Source: Malacoraja senta (Eukaryota). Taken from it: a stretch of 49,903 nt of DNA. The stretch's first letter is position 1. Each line of letters starts with the position of its first letter. Both the position numbers and the translations under genes were made by a program. This document shows positions 37,004 to 49,903 of the stretch, in pieces. The stretch spans positions 1 through 49,903 of the forward strand of contig JAXLNO010000250.1 of NCBI GenBank assembly GCA_038087875.1, given 5' to 3'. The notes under the pieces are model-generated. The model had not been told where the DNA came from and searched no databases. It saw only the letters and a list, made by a program, of their open reading frames with translations.

Positions 37004-40000
37004 AACATTTACCAAGACATAAAGACTTGAAACAATGGCAGTACCTGAAGGATGTCAAGATATCTATCTGAAAAATATTCTAGTGTTGATCTACTTATGG
37101 AAACAAATGATTTGGATGCATTGGAACCTATACTGATTTGTTCGGAGCCAATGTGATGGACGGAGCGAATGCTACCTACCAAAACCCCAATTGGATGGGT
37201 TATCTATGGGACTTTGAAAAGGACAGGCAGCATCTCTGGAGAGAAGGAATGGTGACGTTTTGGCTCGAGTCCCTTCTTCAGACCTCATCAAATGTTGACC
37301 CACTCATTCCTGGGATCATTCTTGTAAACCACCTCTGGATCCTCTCCAGAGCCAGCACATCCTTCCTCATTTATGGGGCCCACAAGTGCTCACAATATTC
37401 CAAATGTGGCCTGACCAGCGCCTTACCAGGGACTGTCATATGCTGAGAGAACGGAGCGGCTGGGCTTGTACACTCTGGAGTTTAGAAGGATGAGAGGGAA
37501 TCTCATTGAAACATATAAGATTATTAAGGGTTTGGACATGCTGGAGGCAGGAAACATGTTCCCGATGTTGGGGGAGTCCAGAACCAGGGGCCCACAGTTT
37601 AAGAATAAGGGGTAAGCTATTTAGAACGTAGACGAGGAAACACTTTTTCTCACAGAGAGTTGTGAGTCTGTGGAATTCTCTGCCTCAGAGGGCGGTGGAG
37701 GCTGGTTCTCTGGATGCTTTCAAGAGAGAGCTAGATAAGGCTCTTAAAGATAGCAGAGTCAGTGGATATGGGGAGAAGGCAGGAACGGGGTACTGATTGG
37801 GGATGATCAGCCATGATCACATTGAATGGAGGTGCTGGCTCGAAGGGCCGAATGGTCTACTCCTGCACCTATTGTCTATTGTTCTATGCTCTATGTGCTA
37901 AATGTATGAATGAATGAATGAATGAATAAGTTTATTGGCCAAGTATTCACATTCAAGGAATTAGCCTTGGTGCTCCACCCACAAGTGACAACATGACACA
38001 CAGTGACAGTTAAGAATGATACATAAAACATGAAGGTTCATTTATTGCCACAACACCAATTGGTGTAGTGAAATACAAGTTGCCATTGCAGCACATTAAT
38101 AAGAATACAAACATAACATTGTAAAGAAATGTAACCTAAAACATAAACACATCCCCCCACAATGGTTCCCACTGTGAGGGAAGGCACAAAGTCCAGTCCC
38201 CATCCCCTTGTCCATCCAACGTCGGGCCTATCGAGGCCTCCGCAGTCCCCGCTACAAGGGGCCGATGTTTCAGGCCCTTATTATTAAACATTAATAATAA
38301 AATATTAGGTGGACAAAAATGCTGGAGAAACTCAGCGGGTGCAGCAGCATCTATGGAGCGAAGGAAATAGGCAACGAAACCCTTCTTCAGACACAATAAA
38401 ACATTATTGATTAAACATGTAAGAGGTGGCCACACACTAACGTGGTTTATTCTCCCCTTTACTTTTGTTATTTTTATTTTGTTTATTTATTAGAAGCAGT
38501 GTACAAAAATATAACCAGCGGCATATGACACAATACACTTATTGTACAGCTTCAATTTTAATTTGTAGCTAAAGATGAGGGAAAAAGCAAGAGAGAGAGA
38601 AAGTGGAATGTGCAAGACTAGAACCCCTAGACGGCCACATTGGTGGAGACAAAGAGTGAGGACGGAAAAGAAATAAGAAAAACGTAGAGAAAGAAACAGA
38701 CAAAACCAGAAAGAAAAACCACAAGTGATGATCTACCTGCCTCGTATCCCTCCCTCCCCACCCATCACCCAACCCATAATTAGATTTAACTCCACAGTTG
38801 TGTTGCCCCATACTATCCTTGTAATGAATCAATGAATGGTGTCCATGGCTTCGGGAAATGCTCTGGTTTTTCCTGCTAAGACAAGTCTCATAGTTTCCAG
38901 ATGTAGCGTCTCAGACATGTTTGTAATCCACATTTTAAGAGCAGGGACAGATGTGTGTTTCCAAAATATGAGTATGAGTTTTCTGGCCGTTATCGGACCA
39001 TAATTGAGGGAACGTCTTTGAAATTGTTTTTTAATTTAAATTGTTTTAATGTTTTTATTTTATAAGTACAGTAATGTGGCAGCATCCGGCGCACCTGGGA
39101 CGGGAGGCCCCTGACCATGGCGGCGACCTTCGAGGACTGCTTGTACGCCCTCTCGGTGGTGGACACCATCAAGAAGTCCAACGAGACGGGCGAGTGGCAG
39201 AACATCGTGGTCATGACGGAAGAGCCCGAGATCAGCCCGGCTTATCTGATCAGTGAGGCAATGCGTGGAAGTCGAATGTCCCTCCTGTACTGACAACCTC
39301 CACAGCAAGTCGTCTCAGCCAGGGTGCAAAGCAAACCTTTCAATGAGCGTAGAGTCATAGAGACACAAGGTGGAAACAGGCCCTTCGGCCCAACTTACCC
39401 ACACACGGCCAACATGCCCCAGCTACACTAGTCCCACTTGTCTGCGCTTGGCCCATATCCCTCCAAACCTGTGCAAATGTCTTTTAAATATTGTAGTACC
39501 TGCCTCAACTACCTCCTGCAGCAGCAGCCTATTCCATCTACTCACCACCCTCTGTGTGAAACAGTCGCCCCTCGGGTTCCTATTAAACCTTTCCCCTCTC
39601 ACCTTAAACCTAAGTCCCTGTTTCCTGATTCGGCCCCACTCCACCATTCAATCACGGCTGATCTATCTCTCCCTCTCGACCCCGTTCTCCTGCCTTCGAC
39701 TCCTAACCCCTGACACCCGTGCTAATCAACAACCTGTCAACCCCTGCCTTACAAAATATCCTTCAAAGGTTCCTAGGTAGACAAAAATGCTGGAGAAACT
39801 CAGCGGGTGAGGCAGCATCTATGGAGCCAAGGAAACAGGCAACGTTTCGGGCCAAAAACCTTCTTCAGGTTCCTTAAAAAGTTTCTTGTTATTCCATTTT
39901 AGTGAGTTGCTTATCGAAGAATGTAAGCGTCAGTGAGGCAAAGGGAGGCAGGCAGTTGCAGTGACTGGAACCGTGACAACTGAAAGGTGTAGCTTCCAAA

Positions 40001-42541
40001 GATAGTTGAGAGAGAGAGAGAGAGTCAATAGACAATAGGTGCAGGAGTAGGCCGTTCGGCCCTTCGAGCCAGCACCGCCATTCAATGTGATCATGGCTGA
40101 TCATCCCCAATCAGTACCCCGTTCCTGCCTTCTCCCCATATCCCCTGACTCCACTATCTTTAAGAGCCCTATCTAGCTCTCTCTTGAAAGTATCCAGAGA
40201 ACCGGCCTCCGCCGCCCTCTGAGGCAGAGAATTCCACAGACTCACAACTCTCTGTGAGAAAAAGTGCTTCCTCGTCTCCATTCAATGGTGGCTGATTTCT
40301 CTCTCCCTCCTAACCCCATTCTCCTGCCTTCTTCCCATGACCTCTGACACCCGTACTAATCAAGAATCTATCCATCTCTGCTCTATAAATTATAAATTGT
40401 CCCTAGTGCGTGTAGAATATCGCTAGCGTGCGGGGATCGCTGGTTGGCGTGGACTCGGGGGGCCGAAGGGCCTGTTTCCGTGCTGTATCTGTAAACTAAA
40501 CTAAATAATGCCTGTATCCCATAAAACAGTTGCTGGCTGTGAATGAAAAAGCTCCCACTCAAAACAGCGCTCTGCGTTTCTTTGTGAAATTAGATATTAT
40601 TAATGATGAGATGAAAATTAATATTCATGATGAAATGTGTTGATTTAATGTGGGGGGGGGGGGGGTTTGAAACACGATATTGTCTGTACAGAGGATACAT
40701 GTATGTGAAATCTTTGTATTATTTATAGTATTCTTAGCATGAATATCTGTATATATGCAGCGAAAAATATTTATCAAGGGTATGAAAAAAGATCTAGTAC
40801 CAGAGACGGTACAAAATGTATATTTTATTTATGAATGATAGGACAGAACATACTTAGTTTGTTAAAATGCTTTTTATTTAAAATGTGTATAAAGCAACAA
40901 GTCTCAGTACTGTGAAGGGATTTGAAGATTCTGTTTTGTTAGTTGAGCTTAATTCTGTGTGTGTCTCGACTTGTTAGCTAACGGTTTGCGGGGGGTTTTG
41001 TTTGTTAAGCTAAATAAATGTTGGTCTTTTTGTCCGCGCTGTCTCGTATGTGAAGCTAGTAATATGTAAAGCACTCGGTATTCACTGGTACCATATCCTG
41101 TTGTGTGCAATTTGTCCTGGACCAAGCGCAGGCTGGGCCATGGTTTCACCGAACACCTCCGCTCATGAGACTCATTAGGCAACATGTATACAATCCACCT
41201 CCAGTTTAAATTCCATTTGGATTATTTTGGAGGACGATGGGACCAAGAAACCACATGTATACCCTTTAAACTATTGTCTGTTGTATTAAATATTCCTTTA
41301 TTGAAATGAAAACATGAAGCATTAATGGGGATATTTTGCGTAATCGTTGACAATGTTAAAACAATGTTTTCCTCTGATAAAAATAAAAATTAAAAGAACT
41401 TTTATTTGAAGGAAATGGATGTGGTGCTTTTCCCAGGGTGGCAGCGTGGCACAGCGGTAGAATTGCTGCCTCACAGCGCTAGAGACAAGAGACAATAGGT
41501 GCCGGAGTAGGCCATTTGGCCCTTCGAGCCAGCACCTCCATTTAATGTGATCATGGCTGATCATCCCCAATCAGTATCCCCGTTCCTGCCTTCTCCCCAT
41601 ATCCCCTGACTCCGCTATCTTTAAGAGCCCTATCTAGCTCTCTCTTGAAAGCATCCAGAGAACCGGCCTCCACCGCCCTCTGAGGCAGAGAATTCCACAG
41701 ACTCACCACTCTCTGTGAGAAAAAGTGTTTCATCTCCATTCTAAATGGCTTACTCCTTATTCTTAAACTGTGGCCCCTGGTTCTAGCCCCCCAGCTGCCA
41801 CCCACCCTTGTGTGTGCTGATCCTAATATCCCAGAGAATTTACCAATATTTCCCCCCCCCCAAAACATATATATTTGGGGATGTCCATTCGGCCCATCAT
41901 ACTAGCCTGACCTGGAGATGAAACTTCGGCCCAGCAGGCCTGTACTACCCCCCCCCAGCCACCACCCACCCCTCTGTGTGTGATGTTGACCAGAATATTA
42001 CAAAATTAATTCTACTCAGTTTTTTTTAAGTGGCCCCTCCCTGAGGCTCATCCGGCCTCAGTGTGTGTGATGGTGGTGATAATAATCATAAGAGTCATTT
42101 GAATCATTGCCTTTTATTTCATTTTAATAACATTGTAAGTGGCCGGTAATGTCACTTTAAGAGCAAGCGCAAAAGCAAAACTCCTGTTTTCCCCTCAGAG
42201 ACAGACAGCAGCAAACAAGCAGCAGCAGCAGCTCAGCCTGGTCCTTCATTCATTCTTCATTGTTGAGATCTACAAACAATATATATAAGAAACAGGAAAC
42301 TTACAGCACATTATAGTGACCAGTTATGGCATTTCTCGCATGTGCTCAGCCAGTCTGTGTCCGTGTCCGTGCCCGCAGCAGCAGCAGCTTCAACTTCACC
42401 TTCACCTTCACACAGACACAGACACAGACACAGACACAGACACAAGGGGGGGCGGCGGGGACCGCGCTCACATCTCTCTCATCTGCGGGAAATAAAAGCA
42501 AAACAAATCTTTTTTTTTGCTTTCTTTTTGGATAGATATTG
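35883..42541. repeat. ~6.66-kb spacer of the ~24.95-kb macro-repeat, copy 2
   Basis: Essentially identical to 10937-17593, with the same left and right junctions to the monomer array. Confidence 0.98.
39087..39293 (+). pseudogene. GFOD1: Second copy of the 5'-truncated GFOD1 C-terminal fragment
   Basis: Same sequence as 14139-14345 at offset 24948. Confidence 0.9.
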
Positions 42542-42759
42542 GATCCACGATCGGGTATCCAAGCTCCTTTATTCCTCCTTCCTCCATTCGAGATCTGTAG
42601 ACAATTAAAAATTGGAAGATTTGTCACCAAAAAGTGGGGGGAAAAGGCCAAAATGCTCTCTCTCTCTCTCTCTCTCTGTGCCAATTTGTACTTTCATCCT
42701 CTGTAAGTATTAAACTTTGCTGAACTCAGCACAGTATGTTTTTCCCCCTTCAATGCCTG

Positions 42760-42798
<39 letters not shown>

Positions 42799-43749
42799 GT
42801 CTGTAGGTTCCAGGTCAGAGAGACGTTGCTGTGTGATGTGTGGAGAAAATGTGAACAATGTTCAAATCTCAACAATCTCCCCTTTCCCTCCCTCCCTCCC
42901 TCACACACACACACACACACACACACACCTGTTTTGAGCAGTATTTCTCCATCTGTATCTATCCATCTCTCGATCGATCAATCAATCAATCAATCTTTGA
43001 TTAATATATATTACAATAATATAATAGATATCTTTTTGGATAGATATTGGGATATTTCACTCCCCTGGCTACCACTGTAGCCTCTCTCTACCCTCTCTCT
43101 ACTCTCTCTCTCTCACTCACCACACCTTCAGAGTCCACCTGCACAACCTTTGTCCGTCTGAGGAGGAGGAGAAGAGTGTTTGGACTTCAAAACGGGGTTT
43201 GCTGTGAGATTTGGTCAAATGGGAAAAGCTCTCTGGGACAGAGAGACAGACAGACAGACAGGCTCCGACAGATGCCTGGGAATCTGGAAGTTAGATGCAA
43301 TTTGCATGCAGAGAATGGGAAGCCTTGCAAATACTGTCAAATGCATAGAACGGATTGGATGTGTGCAAAAAGCTGGACATTCACCTTGTAAATAGGTTGA
43401 AAGTAATGTTGCAGAGTGTGACTCTGCTAAGTGTTAATTGGATGGGGCGGTTGAGCCTTGTGTGTGGGTTCTGTTCATCAGGGTAAATGTTTCCAAATCG
43501 ACTTGCTCTTCGAGTCGCTTGTGAATAGGATGAAATTGAATTGTTGTTTCACTGGGTTAGGGAAATGCATGTTATGTATGGGGTTAATGGCTATTGGACT
43601 TCAAAACGGGTTTTGCTGTGAGATTTGGTCAAATTGGAAAAGCTCTGTGGGACAGACAGACAGACAGACAGGCTGGTTCGGCCCTCGATTTCAAGGGGCA
43701 TATCAAAGTCCCTGGTCACTAGGCTCAGGGTGTGTGTGTGTGTGTGTGT

Positions 43750-43816
<67 letters not shown>

Positions 43817-43821
43817 GGGTG

Positions 43822-43876
<55 letters not shown>

Positions 43877-44327
43877 GGACACATTCCCCACCCTGTTTAG
43901 GACTGTGTGTGTGTGTGTGTGTGACTGTGTGTTTTCACTCACCACACCGGAATGCTCCCTTCATTGCCTGTCTGCCTGTGAGAGAGATCCACGATCGGGT
44001 ATCCAAGCTCCTTTATTCCTCCTTCCTCCATTCGAGATCTGTAGACAATTAGAAATTGGAAGATTTGTCACCAAAAAGTGGGGGGAAAAGGCCAAAATGC
44101 TCTCTCTCTCTCTCTCTGTGCCAATTTGTACTTTCATCCCCTGTAAGTATTAAACTTTGCTGAACTCAGCACAGTATGTTTTTCCCCCTTCAATGCCTGC
44201 CTCTCTCTCTCTCTCTCTCTCTCCCTGTCTGTAGGTTCCAGGTCAGAGAGACGTTGCTGTGTGATGTGTGGAGAAAATGTGAACAATGTTCAAATCTCAA
44301 CACTCTCCCCTTTCCCTCCCTCCCTCC

Positions 44328-44358
<31 letters not shown>

Positions 44359-45183
44359 CTGTTTTGAGCAGTATTTCTCCATCTGTATCTATCTATCTCT
44401 CGATCGATCAATCAATCAATCAATCTTTGATTAATATATATTACAATAATATAATAGATATCTTTTTGGATAGATATTGGGATATTTCACTCCCCTGGCT
44501 ACCACTGTAGCCTCTCTCTACCCTCTCTCTACTCTCTCTCTCACTCACCACACCTTCAGAGTCCACCTGCACAACCTTTGTCCGTCTGAGGAGGAGGAGA
44601 AGAGTGTTTGGACTTCAAAACGGGGTTTGCTGTGAGATTTGGTCAAATGGGAAAAGCTCTCTGGGACAGAGAGACAGACAGACAGACAGGCTCCGACAGA
44701 TGCCTGGGAATCTGGAAGTTAGATGCAATTTGCATGCAGAGAATGGGAAGCCTTGCAAATACTGTCAAATGCATAGAACGGATTGGATGTGTGCAAAAAA
44801 GCTGGACATTCACCTTGTAAATAGGTTGAAAGTAATGTTGCAGAGTGTGACTCTGCTAAGTGTTAATTGGATGGGTGCGGTTGAGCCTTGTGTGTGGGTT
44901 CTGTTCATCAGGGTAAATGTTTCCAAGTGGACTTGCTCTTCGAGACGGTTGTGAATAATACGATGAAATTGAACTGTTGTTTCACTGGGTTAGGGAAATG
45001 CATGTTATGTATGGGGTTTAATGGCTATTGGACTTCAAAACGGGTTTTGCTGTGAGATTTGGTCAAATTGGAAAAGCTCTGTGGGACAGACAGACAGACA
45101 GACAGACAGGCTGGTTCGGCCCTCGATTTCAAGGGGCATATCAAAGTCCCTGGTCACTAGTCTCAGGGTGTGTGTGTGTGTGT

Positions 45184-45257
<74 letters not shown>

Positions 45258-45265
45258 TTAGGGTG

Positions 45266-45316
<51 letters not shown>

Positions 45317-45760
45317 GCACACTTTCCCCACCCTGTTTAGGACTGTGTGTGTGTGTGTGTGACTGTGTGTTTTCACTCACCACACCGGAATGCTCCCTTC
45401 ATTGCCTGTCTGCCTGTGAGAGAGATCCACGATCGGGTATCCAAGCTCCTTTATTCCTCCTTCCTCCATTCGAGATCTGTAGACAATTAAAAATTGGAAG
45501 ATTTGTCACCAAAAAGTGGGGGGAAAAGGCCAAAATGCTCTCTCTCTCTCTGTGCCAATTTGTACTTTCATCCTCTGTAAGTATTAAACTTTGCTGAACT
45601 CAGCACAGTATGTTTTTCCCCCTTCAATGCCTGCCTCTCTCTCTCTCTCTCTCTCTCCCTGTCTGTAGGTCCAGGTCAGAGAGACGTTGCTGTGTGATGT
45701 GTGGAGAAAATGTGAACAATGTTCAAATCTCAACACTCTCCCCTTTCCCTCCCTCCCTCC

Positions 45761-45791
<31 letters not shown>

Positions 45792-46615
45792 CTGTTTTGA
45801 GCAGTATTTCTCCATCTGTATCTATCTATCTCTCGATCGATCAAATCAATCAATCAATCTTTGATTAATATATATTACAATAATATAATAGATATCTTTT
45901 TGGATAGATATTGGGATATTTCACTCCCCTGGCTACCACTGTAGCCTCTCTCTACCCTCTCTCTACTCTCTCTCTCTCTCACTCACCACACCTTCAGAGT
46001 CCACCTGCACAACCTTTGTCCGTCTGAGGAGGAGGAGAAGAGTGTTTGGACTTCAAAACGGGGTTTGCTGTGAGATTTGGTCAAATGGGAAAAGCTCTCT
46101 GGGACAGAGAGACAGACAGACAGACAGGCTCCGACAGATGCCTGGGAATCTGGAAGTTAGATGCAATTTGCATGCAGAGAATGGGAAGCCTTGCAAATAC
46201 TGTCAAATGCATAGAACGGATTGGATGTGTGCAAAAAGCTGGACATTCACCTTGTAAATAGGTTGAAAGTAATGTTGCAGAGTGTGACTCTGCTAAGTGT
46301 TAATTGGATGGGGCGGTTGAGCCTTGTGTGTGGGTTCTGTTCATCAGGGTAAATGTTTCCAAATCGACTTGCTCTTCGAGTCGCTTGTGAATAGGATGAA
46401 ATTGAATTGTTGTTTCACTGGGTTAGGGAAATGCATGTTATGTATGGGGTTAATGGCTATTGGACTTCAAAACGGGTTTTGCTGTGAGATTTGGTCAAAT
46501 TGGAAAAGCTCTGTGGGACAGACAGACAGACAGACAGGCTGGTTCGGCCCTCGATTTCAAGGGGCATATCAAAGTCCCTGGTCACTAGGCTCAGGGTGTG
46601 TGTGTGTGTGTGTGT

Positions 46616-46682
<67 letters not shown>

Positions 46683-46687
46683 GGGTG

Positions 46688-46742
<55 letters not shown>

Positions 46743-47193
46743 GGACACATTCCCCACCCTGTTTAGGACTGTGTGTGTGTGTGTGTGTGACTGTGTGTTT
46801 TCACTCACCACACCGGAATGCTCCCTTCATTGCCTGTCTGCCTGTGAGAGAGATCCACGATCGGGTATCCAAGCTCCTTTATTCCTCCTTCCTCCATTCG
46901 AGATCTGTAGACAATTAGAAATTGGAAGATTTGTCACCAAAAAGTGGGGGGAAAAGGCCAAAATGCTCTCTCTCTCTCTCTCTGTGCCAATTTGTACTTT
47001 CATCCCCTGTAAGTATTAAACTTTGCTGAACTCAGCACAGTATGTTTTTCCCCCTTCAATGCCTGCCTCTCTCTCTCTCTCTCTCTCTCCCTGTCTGTAG
47101 GTTCCAGGTCAGAGAGACGTTGCTGTGTGATGTGTGGAGAAAATGTGAACAATGTTCAAATCTCAACACTCTCCCCTTTCCCTCCCTCCCTCC

Positions 47194-47224
<31 letters not shown>

Positions 47225-48052
47225 CTGTTTTGAGCAGTATTTCTCCATCTGTATCTATCTATCTCTCGATCGATCAATCAATCAATCAATCTTTGATTAA
47301 TATATATTACAATAATATAATAGATATCTTTTTGGATAGATATTGGGATATTTCACTCCCCTGGCTACCACTGTAGCCTCTCTCTACCCTCTCTCTACTC
47401 TCTCTCTCTCTCACTCACCACACCTTCAGAGTCCACCTGCACAACCTTTGTCCGTCTGAGGAGGAGGAGAAGAGTGTTTGGACTTCAAAACGGGGTTTGC
47501 TGTGAGATTTGGTCAAATGGGAAAAGCTCTCTGGGACAGAGAGACAGACAGACAGACAGGCTCCGACAGATGCCTAGGAATCTGGAAGTTAGATGCAATT
47601 TGCATGCAGAGAATGGGAAGCCTTGCAAATACTGAATAATGCATAGAACGGATTGGATGTGTGCAAAAAGCTGGACATTCACCTTGTAAATAGGTTGAAA
47701 GTAATGTTGCAGAGTGTGACTCTGCTAAGTGTTAATTGGATGGGGCGGTTGAGCCTTGTGTGTGGGTTCTGTTCATCAGGGTAAATGTTTCCAAGTGGAC
47801 TTGCTCTTCGAGTCGCTTGTGAATAGGATGAAATTGAATTGTTGTATCGTTGGGTCAGGGAAATGCATGTTATGTATGGGGTTAATGGCTATTGGACTTC
47901 AAAACGGGTTTTGCTGTGAGATTTGGTCAAATTGGAAAAGCTCTGTGGGACAGACAGACAGACAGACAGGCTGGTTCGGCCCTCGATTTCAAGGGGCATA
48001 TCAAAGTCCCTGGTCACTAGGCTCAGGGTGTGTGTGTGTGTGTGTGTGTGAC

Positions 48053-48108
<56 letters not shown>

Positions 48109-48113
48109 GGGTG

Positions 48114-48168
<55 letters not shown>

Positions 48169-48616
48169 GCACACATTCCCCACCCTGTTTAGGACTGTGT
48201 GTGTGTGTGTGTGACTGTGTGTTTTCACTCACCACACCGGAATGCTCCCTTCATTGCCTGTCTGCCTGTGAGAGAGATCCACGATCGGGTATCCAAGCTC
48301 CTTTATTCCTCCTTCCTCCATTCGAGATCTGTAGACAATTAAAAATTGGAAGATTTGTCACCAAAAAGTGGGGGGAAAAGGCCAAAATGCTCTCTCTCTC
48401 TCTCTCTCTGTGCCAATTTGTACTTTCATCCTCTGTAAGTATTAAACTTTGCTGAACTCAGCACAGTATGTTTTTCCCCCTTCAATGCCTGCCTCTCTCT
48501 CTCTCTCTCTCTCTCTCTCCCTGTCTGTAGGTCCAGGTCAGAGAGACGTTGCTGTGTGATGTGTGGAGAAAATGTGAACAATGTTCAAATCTCAACTCTC
48601 CCCTTTCCCTCCATCC

Positions 48617-48653
<37 letters not shown>

Positions 48654-49479
48654 GTTTTGAGCAGTATTTCTCCATCTGTATCTATCTATCTCTCGATCGA
48701 TCAATCAATCAATCAATCTTTGATTAATATATATTACAATAATATAATAGATATCTTTTTGGATAGATATTGGGATATTTCACTCCCCTGGCTACCACTG
48801 TAGCCTCTCTCTACCCTCTCTCTACTCTCTCTCTCACTCACCACACCTTCAGAGTCCACCTGCACAACCTTTGTCCGTCTGAGGAGGAGGAGAAGAGTGT
48901 TTGGACTTCAAAACGGGGTTTGCTGTGAGATTTGGTCAAATGGGAAAAGCTCTCTGGGACAGAGAGACAGACAGACAGACAGGCTCCGACAGATGCCTGG
49001 GAATCTGGAAGTTAGATGCAATTTGCATGCAGAGAATGGGAAGCCTTGCAAATACTGTCAAATGCATAGAACGGATTGGATGTGTGCAAAAAGCTGGACA
49101 TTCACCTTGTAAATAGGTTGAAAGTAATGTTGCAGAGTGTGACTCTGCTAAGTGTTAATTGGATGGGTGCGGTTGAGCCTTGTGTGTGGGTTCTGTTCAT
49201 CAGGGTAAATGTTTCCAAATCGACTTGCTCTTCGAGACGCTTGTGAATAGGATGAAATTGAATTGTTGTTTCACTGGGTTAGGGAAATGCATGTTATGTA
49301 TGGGGTTTAATGGCTATTGGACTTCAAAACGGGTTTTGCTGTGAGATTTGGTCAAATTGGAAAAGCTCTGTGGGACAGACAGACAGACAGACAGGCTGGT
49401 TCGGCCCTCGATTTCAAGGGGCATATCAAAGTCCCTGGTCACTAGGCTCAGGGTGTGTGTGTGTGTGTGTGTGTGTGAC

Positions 49480-49535
<56 letters not shown>

Positions 49536-49540
49536 GGGTG

Positions 49541-49595
<55 letters not shown>

Positions 49596-49903
49596 GGACA
49601 CATTCCCCACCCTGTTTAGGACTGTGTGTGTGTGTGTGTGTGACTGTGTGTTTTCACTCACCACACCGGAATGCTCCCTTCATTGCCTGTCTGCCTGTGA
49701 GAGAGATCCACGATCGGGTATCCAAGCTCCTTTATTCCTCCTTCCTCCATTCGAGATCTGTAGACAATTAGAAATTGGAAGATTTGTCACCAAAAAGTGG
49801 GGGGAAAAGGCCAAAATGCTCTCTCTCTCTCTCTCTGTGCCAATTTGTACTTTCATCCCCTGTAAGTATTAAACTTTGCTGAACTCAGCACAGTATGTTT
49901 TTC
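42542..49903. repeat. Tandem array of ~1.43-kb monomers, right block
   Basis: Monomer starts at ~42745, 44185, 45618, 47051 and 48477. The window ends immediately before the next monomer start. Confidence 0.98.

Noticed and set aside
6..49872. Numerous 60-260 aa ORFs in the monomers (ERERE, SLSLS, HTHTH, CVCVC)
   Set aside because: These are translations of dinucleotide microsatellites. Frames change between copies with slippage and no domain is recognisable.
1..49903. rDNA, 5S, histone or tRNA gene cluster, or CRISPR array, as the explanation for the tandem structure
   Set aside because: No rRNA, histone or full tRNA sequence was recognised; the only tRNA-like piece is a SINE head. The repeats are kb-scale eukaryotic units without unique spacers or cas genes.

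Overview
Repeat-rich vertebrate DNA; the CR1, tRNA-SINE and Penelope-type fragments look chondrichthyan (skate/ray-like, inferred). The window is a nested tandem array. A ~1.43-kb microsatellite-rich monomer is repeated ~13 times, then interrupted by a ~6.66-kb spacer (10937-17593, repeated at 35883-42541), giving a ~24.95-kb macro-unit present twice. The last base joins the first base in exact register, so the contig looks circular. No intact protein-coding gene was found; most listed ORFs are microsatellite artefacts. Each spacer carries a 5'-truncated but frame-intact GFOD1 C-terminal segment, which the ORF track misses, plus retroelement fragments, some with hammerhead-like cores. The main candidate system is a minus-strand, multi-exon non-coding transcription unit per macro-unit. 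It has a promoter-like first exon at the spacer's left edge, two short GT-AG exons (37 and 96 nt) in every monomer, and a terminal exon with AATAAA at the right edge of the preceding spacer. This is inferred from splice and promoter motifs only and needs RNA evidence.
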